Below, piece after piece: positions 52,120 through 64,000 of a DNA stretch of 64,000 bases. The stretch's first letter is position 1; each line of letters begins with the position of its first letter. Source of the stretch: Mytilus californianus (taxonomy: Eukaryota); assembly GCF_021869535.1 (NCBI RefSeq), contig NW_026262626.1:24304001-24368000 (forward strand), in the 5' to 3' direction. A model generated the notes under the pieces. It was given only the letters and a program-made list of their open reading frames with translations, was not told the DNA's origin and ran no database searches. A program made the translations under genes and the position numbers.

Positions 52120-53620
52120 TTTTCGGCCTTTAGAATGCATATCCCAGAAATTCTTTGCTATCACGTTGTAAAACTATCCAATAGCTATTCATTAAAGTAG
52201 TCTATTATCCCTAGCCATTAAGAACTCCCGGGACAACGAGTTAGAAAGTGGGTACACCCAATATGTATTTTATAGAATTTTGGCCTTTTTTAATGTTTCG
52301 GACGCATTTCTACACCTTTAAGAATGCTTACCCTAGAAATTCTTTACAATCCTATTTAAAAACTACTTTCCAACAGCTGTTCATTAAGAAAGAGTCTTTA
52401 TTTACCTAGCCATAAAGAAATTCCGAGACAATGAGTTTGAAAATGGGTACACCCCATGCATCTTTTATAGAATTTTGGCTTTTTCTGTGTTTCGGACGAT
52501 TTTTTTCGGCCTTTAAGAATGTTTACCACAGACATTCTTTGGTATCCCGTTGTAGGACTATGCTAATGGACTTTCATTAAAGCAGATTCTATAATCCCTA
52601 GAAATAAATGACACCGGGGACAATGATGTTGAAAGTGGGTACACTCAATGCGTATTTTATAGAATTACGACGGGTGCCACATGTGGAGCAGGATCTGCTT
52701 ACCCTTCCGGAGCACCTGAGATAACCCCTCTAGTTTTTGGTAGGGTTCGTGTTGCTTAGTCTTTAGTTTTCTATGTTGTGTCATCTGTGCTATTGTTTGT
52801 CTGTTTGTCTTTTTGTTTTTGGCAATGGCGTTGTCAGTTTGTTTTCGATCTATGAGTTTGACTGGTATCTTTCGTCTCTCTTGTATGGCTTTTTCAATGT
52901 TTCGAACGAAATTTTTACCCCTTTAAGAATGCTTAACCCGGAAATTCTTTACTATCCCAATTTAGTAAAATTCAACAGCTATTCATTAAAGCAGAGTCTA
53001 TAATCCTTAGCCATAAAGAACTGCCGAGAAAAGTAGTTGGAGAGTACGTATTTCATGGAATTTTGACTTTTTTTCTATGATCCGGACGAAATTTTTCGGC
53101 CTTTAAGAATTAGTGCCCGAGAAATTTTTTGCTATCCCGTTGCAGTACTATCCAAGAGCTATTGATCAAAGCAGGGTTTATAACAAATAGTCATACAGAA
53201 CTCCCTAGACAATGAGTTGGAAAGCTGATACACCCAACGCGTATTTTATGGAATTTTGGCTTTTTTACTATGTTTTGAACGAAAAATTTTGGCTTTTGGC
53301 TTTTAAAAATGCTTACCACAGAAACTCTTTGCTATCTTGTTGTAGAACTATCCAATAGCTATTCATTTTACGCAAATTCTTAATCCCTAGCCAGAAAGAA
53401 CTCCCGCGACAAGCAGTTTGAATGTTCGTAATTTATGGAATTTAGGCTTTTTTTAATGTTTCGGACGAAATTTTTCGGCCTTTAAGAATACTTACACCTG
53501 AAATTCTATGCTCTCCCATTTTAGTACCATTCAAAAGCTATTCATTAAAGCAGAGTCCCTAGCCATGCATAAAAGAACGGCAAAGTTAACGAGTTGGAAA
53601 TTGGGTACCTCTAATTCGTT
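52120..53620. repeat. ~185-190-bp satellite-like tandem array (7-8 diverged units) with a family-B insertion at ~52666-52880
   Basis: TTTCGGCCTTTAAGAATGCTTACC..GAAATTCTTTGCTATCCC motif near 52121, 52312, 52503, 52913, 53093, 53293 and 53471. Confidence 0.85.
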
Positions 53621-54785
53621 TTTTAAAGAATTTTGTATTTTGAAATTTTACAGACATTTTAAATGTATGAAATTGTCTTCTGTCAGTTTCATTAGAATGG
53701 AGATAACGCGTCGCCAGTAAACTTAATTAGCGACCATCAAATCAGCATTTGGTGCCGTCGGCGCTTAAAATACAATACATTTATCTCATAATTGCATTTC
53801 TTGGTAATAAACGCAAAACGGAATAGAATAATTCAGTTGGCCGCTAAACGCACTGTAACACTCGTTCAAAAGACGTCAAAGTACGATGACAGAATTAATT
53901 ATTGCTAACCTCTAGTTGTTTTTCCTTACTTTTATTCTATGGTTGTTGTTGTAATTACATTTACCTCAGCAGTTCTTAATTTATGAGAAAAATATATCAT
54001 ATGATGATTCAATTGATTTCATACTTTTATCATGTTTTATTGAACTTTCAAAAAAACAGTTGACGGATTTGTGTGAAATTGTTATAACATTTCAACTAAA
54101 TTTGATATTTACTACTTGGTAACTTTTATTTCCATTTCTATTTTTCGACGACAGCTTCCCCATGATGACTAAACTGTAATTCGGTTAAATCATATAAAAG
54201 CAATTAGATAATTCAAAACGGTTCCTTATTCTTTCAAGGCTCTTGACACATGTGGCTTGTATGTTATTTATAAATCATTTGTTTACAAAACTTTGAATTG
54301 TTCGAAATACTAAGGATGTTCTATACTAGAAATAGATAAAACGGAAATATAACCTGTTTTTTGACAAAACCTTTCGAATTGTTGATACCTGAAGGCTATT
54401 ACGTTTATACATGTTTTGGCCTTTCAACCTTTAAGACTTAGCGTCCCGAACGACTCTTTTCATTTGTAGGCAAATGTTCGATTTGCGTTCATCATAATAC
54501 GCCTGATATCTTTGATAAATATTTTTGGCGCTCGATTTTCTACCACCAAATTACATTTAGTTTGGTTGCTTTCATTCTGCAGAGTTATTCGAATTCATAT
54601 TTATGAATACAATGTGTCATATCAATAAAGTTACGGTTAGAATAAAAAAATGTTTATTACTATCTCTTTTCGGTGTTACATTTTTGTACATTGAGATAGT
54701 CCTAGAGTGAAATTGACATGAAATTAATTTTGAAGTACGTTATTTGTATATCATGTATATTGTAATTATCTTGTTTTAATTGTAG

Positions 54786-54851
54786 AAAACCCGAAGACAG
54801 ATATAGACATACAAACACAAGATGACCAGCTAATTCCAAATGATATTCGAG
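54786..54851 (+). CDS. Candidate cytoplasmic linker exon of the membrane receptor
   Basis: ttgtag|xNPKTDIDIQTQDDQLIPNDIR G|GTAC; phase 1-1. Its end resembles HIPDHIR G|GT of exon 13443-13698. Confidence 0.5.
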
Positions 54852-55394
54852 GTACAAATATTTTAAGTTGAAGATGAATTTCAATGAAGACTTTATTTTT
54901 TTTTTAATTTTTCCATTAATATAACTATGAAGCAACACTTTACAATTGTGATATAGTAAATATAATTAGAATTTGGCTAGTAGATTTTTGATATGATAAT
55001 AGTTGTTAGTGTTTACTGTTTCCAACATAATCCATAATTCGTCTTGACGAGTCCAGAGTAATGACTATCTATTTTATCAATTGTTAAAAGATATGGAGAT
55101 GAAGTATGATTGACAATGCAATACAACCAACCTTCAGAGATTAACGAAGGTTGATGTAAGCAAGTCACGTGTCTCGTGCGGCCTTCAACAACTGCCAAAT
55201 CCATGTCGTAAAGTAAATTATTAAAGGCCCCGACATTACTAAAACTATTCTAACGAGAAACCGAAAATGATATAATAATTAATTGAAAAGAAAATTTTCA
55301 AAGAAATTCATGTTTCATATCCTTTTTCCATTTTCGGATACTGAGTGGCAACTCACAGGTAACTACCAACAATCATATAATTGGACATTAGGAG

Positions 55395-56040
55395 GCATAC
55401 AGGTCCGTGTATATGTGCGTCCATTAGTTTTTTCATTTTGAAATATCAAAAACATCGTTTTTGATTTCTCAAAAATCAAAATGAAAATCAAAAGTCTTTC
55501 CGTTTTTCGTTTTTGATTTCACTAATAATGAATTTTGAATGTAATTTTAATTATTCTCGTTTTATAATTTACAATGTTTTCCATTCTTGTTTCACAGTCA
55601 TTGATAGTAAATAATGTCAATGTAAACACATCGGTGTTCTTTCAACATATTGTAAATATAATAGACCGCCTGACTTATGAATTGAACTACGGTGATAAAT
55701 GAATCAAAGCCTTTCAAATTACCTTGTTTATATCTTTACTAAAAAAAATATTATATTTAAATATTAAACGAATTATAAATTTAAATTGTACAATATAATA
55801 TTATAAAAAGATGGTACAAATAGATAGATTGGTTACAACATCACATTAACAAGGGAGGTTACTTCTTTTAAAACTGATAAGAAAACTAGCCCAGTCGTTA
55901 AAGTATACATGCACAGCGGTTATCAGATCTATAGTATTTAAATCGCAGTTAATGTCGACGGATGCAAAAGTCTTTATCAATCTGAACAATAAGGGTGCGT
56001 GATCTTTACTTTTAAGTTTAGAAAGGTTGATCTAAGATGA
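55395..56040. mobile_element. Truncated inverted copy of the TTAA element at 62280-63211
   Basis: Reverse complement of ~62474-63205 over ~650 bp, with few differences. Confidence 0.85.
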
Positions 56041-56564
56041 TAAGACAGGGCCGTAACTAGCCTCTATTACAAGTGAAGCAAAATATATTTTGGACGAGGG
56101 GTCTAGGGCTCAAGGCCCCCAAAAGATCTGGAAAAAATGACGCAAAATCGTGCATTCTGAACGTTTCTTTTGGACCCTTTCTTAATCTAAAACGCAAGTT
56201 TTGTTTTATATATTTTTTCGACAATATATCAAAATATATAGATTCAGTGTAAGACTTTTAGTATTTAGGGACAACACCAAAAGAAATATGTAGGATAAAG
56301 CAAAACATTGTAATCCACATAGTCAGGTGTCAGGCTGTTGTTTTTAGGGTATGAATGGTTCGTTGCCTCGTTGAAGACTCTCCGGCTACTTTCAAGATGA
56401 AGAACTGGAATAAAAGCCCTGTTCATTGATAATTTTCATTTTTTCTATGTATTGTGTGCGATGTTGTCCCATGCACATTTACTCCACATCTCTATTTTCT
56501 ATTTAGGGCCTAAACAAGGCTCAATGCAAGTTTAGCCCTTCAATGTTAAATTCTAAGGTCATAT

Positions 56565-56920
56565 GTAACACTATTGTTTCGGGTAAGGGTGAATTTGGTA
56601 CCTATTAAAACGTTTAAACCCGCTGCATTTGTTTGCACCTGTCCTAAGTCGGGAACCTGATGTTCAGTAGTTGTCGTTTGTTGATGTGGTTCATAAGTGT
56701 TCTCGTTTCTCGTTTAGTATATAGATTAGACCGTTGGTTTTCCCGTTTGAATGGTTTTGCACTGGTCATTTTAGGGCCCTTCGTAGTTTGCTGTTCGGTG
56801 TGAGCCAAGGCTTCCTGTTGAAGACCGTACTTTGACCTTGAATGGTTTTTCTTTTACAAATTGTGACTTGGATGGAGAGTTGTCTCGTTGGCACTCATAC
56901 TACATCTTCTTATATCTATA
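56565..56920 (+). repeat. Family C copy
   Basis: Colinear with 17490-17845. Confidence 0.8.
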
Positions 56921-56933
56921 TATGGTCTTTTTA

Positions 56934-57581
56934 GGTAGCACTCCACAGTTAGGTGTGTAGTTTCGCATTTTGGCCCCTGTGAATTTTTCAAATATGAGAG
57001 CTATTGTGCAATAAAATTCATTTTTGGATAGCTGAAGATTACTATAGCCTTCGTAGTGGGTTTATAGGAACATCTAGTTTGTGTAATGCATGTATTATGG
57101 GTTGTTTTCTGTATGAGTATTTTCATATCCATAATGCCCGGCAATTATTGCAGTTTTTTTTTTTAACTTTTTGTCGCACGAACTTTGTGATTAAATTTTA
57201 CGAAAAAAATGAGGCGAAAGACACCCAATTTTTATTTGATCATTTGTTAGATTAATGGCAACAGTTTCAGAAAAGGTATTACTCATAGACATTTTAATTC
57301 TAGTTTAAACCAAATTTAGGGGAATATGTGACATTTTCATGCCCCTTTTTGCAATATTTTACGATAAATAAATGCAGAATGTTGCCATGAATACACAAAA
57401 AAGGAATTATTTTTCACCATTTTAGCTCTGAAAATCAAATTTATGGAAGATACTGATTACATACATATGCACATGTATGACACAAACAGTTGGCTTAATG
57501 TATTAGAAAGCCAGGAATAGGAGATGATTAAACATTTTGTGGTTCAATTTTAATTTTATTTTCTAACTGTGGAGTGCTACC
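56934..57581. mobile_element. MITE with perfect 19-bp TIRs, TTAA-type flanks (Kolobok-like)
   Basis: TTTA|GGTAGCACTCCACAGTTAG ... CTAACTGTGGAGTGCTACC|TTAA. Confidence 0.8.
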
Positions 57582-58109
57582 TTAAATAAATTGATGTCGG
57601 GAGATTGGGATTTCTAGCTTTAGTTTAACCCATGTCCGCTTTTTATTTGTATTTACAGAAAAGAGAGCCAGTTTTGTATTCTTTAATATACTGTAACAGT
57701 TTAAATTTCCATGAAAAAGGGACAGTTTTTTCTATGTCCGGTAGCATCGTATCATATCTAGACATCGGTAGGCATATAAAATTGCAAAACCACACATGAC
57801 CGTTCATTATTCTTCGTAAATTCATTCCAAGTCTTATTAAGTCTACGCAAAGCAGAAAATGAACTTTTACAACAAGGAATATTACACAACTGAAGCCTTA
57901 GTCATAAAGATCGATTGACTGATTGGTGTTCCTTTAACGTCGCCTCAGAACAAAAAAATATTATCTGATATTCATTCTCAACATCTGCAATCTCTATTGT
58001 TCCCAAGGAAGCAATCATTTGATTCTCTGGGGGTGGGGCAGGGATTTGTATCCTAAGTTAATACTTTTTTTTTTAACCCAGACCATAAAACATGCCTTTA
58101 TCCACGGCC

Positions 58110-58612
58110 ACTCTCAAACACAGCTAGATATCATTGAGATGGGAGCCATCTCTGTGGGCCCCGCTGTGAATAATGTGCATTAAAAAGTTTTTATCTTTAC
58201 CATAGGACATGGGGTTGTCAACTGAAACCAATGTTTTTGATCTTGACCTTTGACCTAGGAAGTTGTACATAAATTATGACACACCCTCTGGTGTTGGTTT
58301 ATATACATGTCAAGTATAAACTTTGAAATCGTAACGGTTTTCAAGATATAGAGCGGACACGATCTTTACCATAGGACATGGGGTTCTCAACTGAAACCCA
58401 GGTGTTTGACCTTGACCTTTGACCTAGGAATTTGTACATACATTATGACACACCCTCTGGTGTTGGTTAGTATACTTGTCAAGTATAAACTTTGAAATCG
58501 TAACGGTTCTCTAGATGTAGAGTGTACACAATTTGTTACGGACGGACGAACAGACAGACGGACGGACGGACTGATCACTATAGGGCGCCGCCATTCGGCG
58601 GGGCCCTAATAA
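58110..58612 (+). mobile_element. Non-autonomous Helentron-like (HINE-type) element with two 169-bp internal repeats
   Basis: Units start at 58193 and 58362 and contain GACCTTGACCTTTGACC; then a (GACG)n microsatellite and terminal hairpin TAGGGCGCCGCC-ATTC-GGCGGGGCCCTA. The left boundary is approximate. Confidence 0.7.
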
Positions 58613-59084
58613 TATTTTCAACATTTGTTAAAAACATTTTTTTTTACACTTTTATATTTTTTGTTGTCTTAAAATATTAATTTGACTTGAATTTATACGA
58701 GTTTACTAAATATACATGTTTATAACAAGCCAAATCAGTTTATATCTTGTTTCTCGCCTGACTATACAAAAGCCCAGTAGAGCTTTGGTCATCATTTGTC
58801 GTCTTTTATAAATAAGGTTGACTTATAAGCTGTCTATACAAAGTAATGGGACAATGGCATGAAGACATCACCAAATCACCATATGCAATACACAAAAAGA
58901 CACCTAGAGCTCACAATAGGTCGTCAACTTCCCATCAACAGGCAGTAAGCTCTGGTTGGCTCGAAACACAAATCCAAGGGTACAACAAAATGTGAAAATA
59001 TCCAATTAAAACTGGGTGACCTGGGAGGACAACATTGGAACTTTCCTAAGAAATACAAATTTCAACCACCTCAACATTTTATAA

Positions 59085-59330
59085 TAAGGAGATGTGGTAT
59101 AATTGCCAATGTGACAACTATCCCCAAAGTTCAAATGAAGTGGATGTAAGCAGTTATATATACAATGTAGGCAACCGTACCGCCTTCAACAATGAAAAAA
59201 AAACCATACAGTATAGTCAGGTATAATAGGCCCTCACATGAAAAATATGAAAAAGTTCAATTGAGAAAAATAACGGCCTAATTTATAACAAAATAAAACA
59301 AAAAACAAATATGACGGACATCAAAAAATG
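59085..59330. repeat. Dispersed repeat family F (GGAGATGTGGTAT.ATTGCCAATG.GACAACT)
   Basis: Same head at ~15625, ~23735 and ~46495. Confidence 0.55.
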
Positions 59331-59904
59331 ATGAAGTTGAAGTCCAATCAACTTGAAACTCAGTACACATGTTTCATATGATATGTTCTTTCTAATTTTG
59401 ATGCCAAGTTAAAGTTCTGACCGCAAATTCACGGTTCACTGGACATAGAAAATGATAGTGCGAGTGGGGCATTCATATACTATGGACACATTCTTGTTCA
59501 AATCCTTTATTAAAGAAGTTAGTAATTTTATTTCTGATAAAAATACTTAATTAGACGAACCAATCTAATTACAAGATATATCTTTGATTTCGTTATACTT
59601 ATATGTATGAGCACATTAATATATGTATAAATTTTAATAAGATTACTGGACAAACGTGTTTAATCTTTGGATTTAATTGTTAACAATTTTTCCGAGCGGA
59701 GCGAGGCGAAAAACATTGACGTCTTTCAAGCCAAATTTTATATGTTCGCTATACACACAAATTTATTTTTTAAACTTGGTAATTAATTAATCTAAAATAC
59801 AGTCCTAGATAATCAAATAATCATGAAATATTTGGTCTAGTAATCAAATAATCACACAAAAAAACCAGCCAAGTAATCACATAATCAAAACCTCCATGAG
59901 GAGG

Positions 59905-60590
59905 CTCATTAAAGATGACATATTTTGGTATTAATATTGATTCACTTATATGGTTTTTGCATCGGTAATAACCACATTAATTCTAAAACCGGTTGTTGGC
60001 ATTATACGAGTCATTTTCTTCTCATATATTTTATGACGGTATGATACTAAACCCCTCACAGGAGGGGTTGTGCTTGATTTTCATGTGATGAAGACATAAT
60101 CTTTCAATCGGTTTAATTGAGGTCTGGAGCTGGCATGTCAGTTACTGCTAGTAATCCTTTGTTAAGTTATAAATCATTGTCATTTTGCTTAGTTTATTTT
60201 GTTACCTATTGTGACATCGGACTCGGACTTCTTTTAAACTGAGTTTTACTGTGGGTATTGCTGTGTGTTTATTTACTCTACATTGGCTAGCTATAGTGGT
60301 ATAGGGGAGGGTTGAGATCTCACAAAACATGTTTAACCCAGCCGCACTTTTGCGCCTGTCCCAAGTCAGGAGCCTCTGGCCTTTGTTAGTCTTGTATGTT
60401 TTTTTTTAATTTTTAGTTTAGTGTGACGTCCATTTTTACTGAACTAGTATACATTTTTATTTAGGGGCCAGCTGAAGCCCGCCTCTGGTTGCAGGATTTT
60501 CCCGTTGTGTTGAAGACCCCTCGGCTGTTTTCTGTTCTTTGGTTGGGTTGTAGTCTCTTTGCCACATTCTTTATTTCCATTCTCAGTCTT
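59905..60590 (+). repeat. Family A copy
   Basis: Colinear with 5205-5910. Confidence 0.8.
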
Positions 60591-62027
60591 AATTTCACCA
60601 ATGAAACTTTACATTATTTTTTGCCTTTGTATTAAATAAATTTGTAATCTTCTTGGAACTCAATTACCGTCTGATTACAATTAGACACGCAAGAATGTGA
60701 AATATGAAAACTTATTTGGCCTTCAATGCCTCAACTTTTTTCAATGTGAGTAACTTCATTGTTCAGTAAGATTTCGATTTTGACAATTATTTTGCAAACT
60801 ACCATAGATTTCCGGTAATTATTCTGCATAAAACCCCATGGGAAAGCACATTGGCATTATTTGCTAAACGTTTATTGGAACCCAATAATCTGGCAAGGTG
60901 TTGCAACCTGTAATGTGAAGACGTGAATGAAAATGCTGAGTTTGTAAGACCAGGCTAAAGCAAGCAGCCACTCGCTAGCAGCCACTTCACTAGCAGCCAG
61001 TTTTCAGATATTTATATAAACCCAAATGTTGCATAAGATTCAAACGTTCTTCAGATGTTTTTATTAATATATAACCACTATATTATCATTTTTCAATATA
61101 TAATTAAGCAGTCAAAGACATTATTTAATAAATTTTAAAATTTCATTTCTTGTTTATTAATTATATAAATGCAATAGAAATCGCTTTCAATATATCACAC
61201 AGCGTGCTGCACGCTTTACATTTTAAATAGTCAAAACCTTTGAGTGTATATAGAATCGTTAATAATTATGAAATTATTTTAAATGTTGGCAAAATTGCAC
61301 TATTGTGTGAAACAGCTTTCCATATTCTCGGCATCCTGTCAAATAGTTCATGAAAAGTAATTATTGTTCTGCATTAGAAGAAAATAAAGTTTCACTCGTG
61401 CTTTAACTTTTTTTTTGCCACACAAAACTGTTTTGACAAAACATTCTACTTCTGAACCAGTGAATTTCGCTTACTTAGGATTGGACGAAAGGTTTCTTTT
61501 TGGACTTAAAGTATGGTGGACAAGGAAATTGTTTATTAGTTTTAAATAAAATAATCCGTGCTATACCTTAACTAGGAATTTTGATCAAGTAGGCGCTAGA
61601 TCTTTAGCTTACGTTTGCACCTAGTGCGGACAAGAGTATTGCCGTAGAATGTTTTTTATTATCTTTTCGGGAAGGGTTGGGTAGGGTATCCGACCTCAAC
61701 TTTGGACCTACTTTAGAAAAAAAAACTAAGCCGAACAACACCATGGATTTTGTCTACTGTAAACCTCATCTACCCAGCTTCGCTTTGCACCTAGTGCGGA
61801 CAAAAGTATTGCCGTAGAAATTTATTTATCAACTTTTCGGTAATGGTGTGGTAGGGTGGGTAGCTGAGGTCTACTTGAGAAAAAATCCAGGGAGTTGTTC
61901 GGTTTAGTCATTTTTTATAATGTAAAGCTCACGTCTTAATTGATAGGCATAGAAATAAAAAGAATACGTATGATAACCAATAACAATCTACCGGAGACAA
62001 AATAACGTTGGTTTAGGCAACTAGTAC

Positions 62028-62272
62028 GATGGTCTGGATGCGGGGTTCTTCATTTCTGTATTCCATGTTATACCATTTTTCTCTATTCTTTACTTAGTGT
62101 TTTAGGCCATTTATCTCTATTCTTTATTTCTTTTTACTTTTTACCAATTATTTTGTTCTATTCAAATTTATACACCTCATTATTCTATTTTTTTATGTCT
62201 TGGTTCATTGTCTCTTTTATTTATATTTTTTGCCCACTATTCTCTATTCCGTAAACCCCCATCCACACCCTC
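62028..62272. mobile_element. Small MITE with ~19-bp imperfect TIRs
   Basis: GATGGTCTGGATGCGGGGTT versus AACCCCCATCCACACCCTC. Confidence 0.5.
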
Positions 62273-62279
62273 CAGTTAA

Positions 62280-63211
62280 GGTCACCATATAGCTTTCACA
62301 AATAAGCAAAACTACTACCGAATAGGCTCCGAATGGCAAAATGATTAAATGCTAATCCCGGTTTGAATTGTGAAATTGCGCAAATTTGTTTTTCAATCAA
62401 TTGATCAAGCAAAACACATTATCGTCCTGAATGTTCGTATAATACTGGCAGAAGGACCTTGGTCATCAATTCTAATTATCTTAGATCATCAACCTTTCTA
62501 AACTTAAAAGTAAAGATCACACACCCTTATTGTTCAGATTGATAAAGACTTTTGCATCCGTCGACATTAACTTCGATTTAAATATTATAGATCTGATAAC
62601 CGCTGTGCATGTATACTTTAACGACTGGGCTAGTCTTCTTATCAGTTTTAAAAGTAGTAACCTCCCTTGTTAATGTGATGTTGTAATCTATCTATCTATC
62701 TGTACCATCTTTATATAATATATTATATTGTACAATTTAAATTTATGATTCGTTTAATATTTAAATAGAGTAATTTTTTTTTAGTAAAGATATAAACAAG
62801 GTAATTTGAAAGGCTTTGATTCATTTATCACCGTAGTTCAATTCATAAGTCAGGCGGTCTATTTGATCTACATTATGTTGAAAGAACACCAGGGTGTTTA
62901 CATTGGCATTATTTACTATCAATGACTGTGAAACAAGAAAGGAAAACATTGAACATTATAAAACGAGAAATAATTAAAATTACATACAAAATTCATTATT
63001 AGTGAAATCAAAAACGAAAAACGGAAACACTTTTGATTTTCGTTTTGGTTTTATAGAAATCAAAAACAAAAAATGAAAACACTTTTGTTTTTCATTTTGG
63101 TTTTTGAGAAATCAAAAACGAAAAATGAAAACACTCTCGTTCTTTGTTTTTTATTTTTGATATTTCAAAATGAAAAACGAATGGACGCAAATATACACGG
63201 ACGCATACACC
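62280..63211. mobile_element. 932-bp element flanked by TTAA
   Basis: TTAA|GGT...ACC|TTAA with only very short terminal repeats; second copy at 55395-56040. Confidence 0.65.
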
Positions 63212-64000
63212 TTAAATGTCATTCTGACTAACATTTAATGCGTCTTTGGTTTTATATACATTTTACCTACATGTAATAAGATATCAAGTGACTTTAACCC
63301 TCATATGTTTAAATGCAGTGAAACAGCCTCTCGCTTTCACCTACATCTTTTTACTCTAACCGTGTCGTGTACACAAAAATGTTTAATTCATCCAGGCCAA
63401 TTTAGTTGACCTTCCGTGGTTCTGTCTGTTTTTTAATCCGAGAAACAGGTGAATACGAAAATACATGTTATGTCATTTGTGTTTTCACTAAGTATAAAAA
63501 TACAAATATGATGAAAGCTCTTCACTGGAGTCCAAAGAACGTAGAGTTAAAACTATAGGTCTCTTTTCGGCCTTAAAAAAGTTTAGTTGTTCAATTTGTA
63601 TTGTTTTATTTTTAACTTACTTAATGTATACTGATAGGAAGCATTCGTCTACCAACTAAAATAGACTTCTGTTCATCGAATTCCTTCTGATTTGTCCGAA
63701 CGGTTAAATTATCGCATAATTGTTTTCCATGTTTCTTTTTATAATAATTATTATTCTTTCCATGAATGTTGTCACTCAATTCGCAAGTAATTATGTCGTG
63801 AAACGTGACAAAAAATTACCTGTCATACATGTATGTAGTTGTATGATTTAAAAACGTTTGACGATTTAATGCACTCAATGCTGAACAATTTCCGAAAATA
63901 TTTTACACTGATCCTTTTTGTGTTATTGCCGTTATTCTAAGTCGACTAAGATTTACTTAATAGCTTTACATTACTTGGAATGTGCAGATTATAAACAAAA

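Noticed and set aside
55395-63211. A single 7.8-kb element with 650-bp TIRs
   Set aside because: The right copy is a complete TTAA-flanked unit that extends ~200 bp further inward; two separate insertions explain the data better.

Overview
AT-rich, intron-rich animal DNA; the repeat families and gene type suggest a bivalve mollusc, probably Mytilus (inference). There is no prokaryotic operon structure, CRISPR array, or rRNA/tRNA gene. By manual splice-site and phase reading I reconstructed three related or linked genes. (1) A minus-strand five-exon gene (23392->9453) encoding ~1245 aa: N-terminal signal-anchor helix, DZIP3-like HEPN domain with an intact RxxxxH motif, coiled coil, nSTAND3-type P-loop NTPase, ~8 ankyrin repeats and an uncharacterised tail. 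In this assembly it carries one premature stop and one frameshift. (2) A tandem paralog whose first two coding exons (1267->543) have the same phases; it runs off the left edge. (3) A divergently oriented plus-strand type-I membrane protein gene (42589->at least 49302) with a signal peptide, Cys-rich TNFR-like ectodomain and TM segment. A candidate later exon ends in 'IPNDIR|' phase 1, like the exon that precedes the STAND exon in gene 1. The best candidate for a novel system is a cluster of membrane-anchored, modular HEPN/STAND/ankyrin immune-like receptors. The remainder is a dense mosaic of Penelope-like RT relics, TTAA- and TA-flanked MITEs, a nested P-like element, a tRNA-derived SINE, a Helentron-like element with 169-bp repeats, an integrase relic and several mini/satellites.
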